From: Podarcis erhardii
Taxonomy: Eukaryota
Assembly: GCA_964252035.1 (NCBI GenBank)
Contig: OZ176205.1
DNA length: 64,000 nucleotides
Strand: one strand, 5' to 3'
A model generated the notes under the pieces. That model saw nothing but the letters and a program-made list of their open reading frames with translations, was not told the DNA's origin and made no database searches. Positions 60,520-64,000 of this stretch are shown here, piece after piece (the first letter of the stretch is position 1; each line of letters starts with the position of its first letter). The translations under genes and the position numbers were made by a program.

Positions 60520-61440
60520 GAAGGCATTTGTTTGATGCTGCGCTGCGGGGGTTCGTCCCCCCGGATTGGTAGGGGTGCGCATTTCAAAGGCCCGCCGGCT
60601 GGAGGAGGAGACGGCTGGAGTATTATGCTAATCGGGAACGAGGGACCCGCCTCCCTCTCCCCGGCCGTACGAGGGGAGCCGGGGCTGAACTAGAGCGAGC
60701 CGAAGAGCGAGGAAAGGTACAAAAAGAGAGACTTGGCTGGCGAGCGCGGAGCTCCTGCAACAGCGGGCGGAGATCCTCGCCCTCGCTTGGCCAGTCTCGG
60801 TTTGGGGAGAGGATCTTTTCCCCGCGCGCCTTAGAAAACTGGATGAAGAACTTTGCGTAAAGGAGCAAAGCGCAGCTCATCTTCTCCCCTGAAGGGTCCC
60901 CCCCCCTCCTCCAGGTTTTTTGGAAAGCGAAGAGCAAACTGGCTCCAGCCAAACCTCCTTCGGCGGATCCTCGGTGAGGGGGAAAAGGGGAAGAGTTCGT
61001 CGGAGCCGCGCATCTCCCTCGCTCTCCCGGGAGAACATGAACAGGGCAAGGCGATTCTCGGCGGGAGCTTTCTCTGGCGCGTCCATCTCGCTGCTGTGCG
61101 CCCTGCTTGGCCTCGCCGATGCCAAAGGGACCTATTACCGCCACCCCGTGCCCATCCCTTACGGCAACCGATACAACCTCTACACCTCAGGATCGAGCCC
61201 CCAGCTCACGCCGGGAAAGCCCATGGGGAAGCACAAGTAAGCGCTGCGCCTCCTTCCGCGCTCCTTCGGCTCACCGAGCTTCCTCGCGCTCTCTCCCTCC
61301 TTCCTTCCGTTCCTCTCTCTTTTCTTCTTCTCAGAAAAGACCCGGGTGGGGAGAAAGGATGGCGAGGGTCTCTTCATCCGAGGGACGTTCCTAGCACAGT
61401 GGCATTACTGGCCAATTGCACCCGGTTTGTGGCAGTTTCA
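60520..61440 (+). promoter_or_regulatory. CpG island / promoter and 5' UTR of EMILIN3
   Basis: Sharp rise in GC and CpG against the CpG-depleted background; reverse CCAAT (ATTGG) near 60565; GC-box-like motifs; no clear TATA. Confidence 0.8.
61037..61236 (+). CDS. EMILIN3: First coding exon of EMILIN3 (signal peptide and region preceding the EMI domain)
   Basis: ATG with A at -3; hydrophobic signal (ISLLCALLGLADA|KG); KGT...RYNLYTSG...KHK resembles the human EMILIN3 N-terminus as I recall it (ARGT...RYSLYTTG...PHK); phase-2 donor CAA|GTAAGC at 61236/61237; lies in a CpG island. Exon 2 not found in the window. Confidence 0.85.
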
Positions 61441-64000
61441 CCCACGGGGCAATTCCTTGGAGGGATATACGTATGGGCGTGTATGCACAGATGTGCGCAA
61501 AGATAGATAGAAACAGACATATGCATGCCTATATAAATAGATATAATGCGGTATGTCCAACGTTAGTCTTACTCAGAGTAGACCACTGAAAATCGTGGGC
61601 ATGACTAATATAGACCTATTAATTTCAGTAGGTTTGCTCTAACTTAGTTGGATACGACCTCCCACTCCCCACTTTAAGGCACAGCGATGTGGGACAAATG
61701 ATGGAGGTTGCTTGTTTCTGCCTCTGGGTGTAAAGACTCGATCGAAATGCCTTTTTCTTCTGGTCAGTCGCGTATATAGCGTTGCCTTTCCCCCTCTCCC
61801 TCACACACCCCTTTCTTCCTTCCACGAAAAGCGGATCTGCCAAAAATTCATATGGATTTTAGCATTCTGGAATGCTCAGGGAAGGGGGTGGGTCGGTGGG
61901 GAGATACTGCATTGAATGGCGGGGAGGGTGCCCCTTTTCCGGAGAGTTTGCTTTGCTTTCTGCGCAGGAGAGCTTCTTTTGCAAAGAAAAGGAAGGATGC
62001 AGATTGCAGGACTGAAGGAGAGGTTTCTCTCTCCCCAACCGCGCCCTTCCACCCATGCATCCATCGCCGATGGTTTTTCTCTTCCTCTCTCGCACACATA
62101 CCGGCAGCAAAGGGAGATTTTCCGTCTGCACGCCGTGAAAACACCGGGCCGAGCACTTTGGCGTCTAACTGCAAGCCGCAGGTGGGAAAGGGTGGTTTCT
62201 CCAGCCAGCGCTGCCCCGTAACCTTTTGCCTGACTGGCTAAGGACCTCTCTCTTTCTCAGAATTCCTCGGTCTGAATTCATCTCCTAGCTGGGTGGAGCC
62301 AGGCAAAGTTTGCACAAAGTTTGCTGGAGGAGGAGCGAGCGCGTTGGAGGGGGCATTTAGCCGGGATCAGGCCTCTCTGCCAAAGGCGGAGGGGATCCAG
62401 GCGGTCAAATCCTGGGGAGCAGCAAACCTTGTATTGGACTTACTTTTTTAGATATGGGAACAAGATAATTCCAAGGGAAGAATGCATTTGTTTCCTGGCG
62501 TCCCTGCCCCCCCCCCCTTACAGTGCTCAGAATTCTTGGAAGGGGAAAAAGGTGTTTCAAATGTGCTTTAAAAGTATAGTGTGCACTCAGCCCTAGTCCT
62601 GAAGGAAGGTCCCATTGATTGTTTAAGCAGAAGTCACCAACGTGGTGCTCATGGGATCCCCTCCTGCCACTCCCTCTCCTGATGAAATTAGGCATGAAAG
62701 CAGCATTATAGCATAGCAAATAGAATCGGTTGTGCTTGGTTTCAGTGTATCTGTGGCACCCACAACTATTTCTCTGGTTTGCAGTGCCCCAAAGGTTGGT
62801 GATTCTGACCTTACAGTTACTATAAGGGTAACTGAGTGAAGTCATAGATGGAGGACCAGTTCAATTCATCACTGATTTGGCAATTTTAAGCTGGAAAGTG
62901 CTTCAAAACTTCGTTGTTTTCCTCCTTGCAACTATGTGAGGTACAACATTATGTTTCTCATTTAATGGGGAACTGAGAGCACTTTCAGGGCTGAGTGGAA
63001 TCAGAAGGAACAGGGAGTAGGGAGAGATTTCCAGCCTAGCTTAATAACCTACTGGTAGACATAGTCAAGATTAAATTGCAAGTGGCCGTTTATTTTGGGA
63101 GCATTTGCTGCTGTTGCTTTTTATGCCACACAGTAACTTCAGCAGCATTATCTATATCTGGACAGGACAGTCTCACACTGTCAAATCAAATCAAAGGAGT
63201 TTCACAGAATCATCAGCCTGGAAGAAACTTTGGAGATCATTTAGCCTCCAGATCATTTAGGATCTGTGATGCAGTGTACAAAGGTCACATCCCCAGCATA
63301 CAGTACATTTAAAGCACATGGTTTCCCACTAAGAATCTTGGGAGCTGTAGTTTGACCTCCCCCTCCATAGAACTATAATTCCCAGTAGCACTCTTAACAG
63401 ACTACAGATCCTATGAATCTTTGTGGGGGAGTCATGTGCTTTAAATGTCCTCTAAATGTATGGTGTGGATGTAACCTCAACATCCCTGACAGGTGGCCAT
63501 CCAGCTTCTACTTAAATATCTCTGGCAAAGGAGATCCCATCGCATCCCGAGACTGCCAGGTGTGTAGTCACAGAAAAGCTGCCTTATGCTGAGTTGGACC
63601 ATCAGTCCATTTGCTCAGTATTATTGCAATGGTGCTTCTCCCAGGTTTCAGACAGAAACCTGGCAATGCCAGGAACTGAACCCGGGGTTTTCTACAGACA
63701 AAAAAGGCACTGTACATTATCGCTGGCATGTAAACCCATGTAATAATTTGTAACAATTGCTGCTCATCGTGTAGAAAACTTGGCAGAAGTGCTGGTAGTC
63801 CTGACCAATAGTCACAAAGGGTCTGAAATGGAGTCAGAGGATAACCCCCTGCCCTCCTTAAACGTCCAGTGAACATCCTGGGATGGAGACTGAGAGGTAT
63901 GGAGTTGTCTAAGAGGCCGGACAGTAAGTTCTTTGAAGGATATGAAATTGTGGTTTGGAAGAGGGCTGCTTCTTGCCTTCCTCTCTTCCTCTCCTCTTGC

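Noticed and set aside
60920-61240. 106-aa single-exon ORF from the track
   Set aside because: It uses a non-ATG start, and the TAA is part of the GTAAG splice donor; the real CDS begins at 61037 and is spliced.
61237-64000. EMILIN3 exon 2 (start of the EMI domain, CAYVV...C)
   Set aside because: No such codons were found after any acceptor; it probably lies beyond the window.

Overview
Vertebrate genomic DNA. The repeat content (Sauria SINEs, BovB, L2, CR1, Rex1, L1, Penelope tails, hAT and mariner MITEs) points to a squamate, probably a lacertid-type lizard (inference). Most of the window is repeat-rich non-coding sequence. The only host gene I recognise is the CpG-island promoter and first coding exon of EMILIN3 (+, 61037-61236). 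The dominant feature is a very young, full-length chromodomain-bearing Ty3/Gypsy element of the Tf1/sushi group on the minus strand (17049-22714; 642-bp LTRs with no differences found by eye; ACCGG target-site duplication). A solo LTR of a related family lies at 41998-42594. The element shows four notable things. (1) A complete PEG10-type -1 frameshift cassette in which one extra C puts gag and pol in frame. (2) No tRNA primer site, but a self-priming pairing. (3) An ORF filling the whole U3, in frame with the chromodomain, that stays open in the divergent solo LTR and carries an HMGN-like RRSARL motif. (4) A single premature TAA in integrase. There is also weak evidence for a spliced minus-strand transcript between about 12.5 and 32.3 kb. 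All calls are by eye; no database searches were run.
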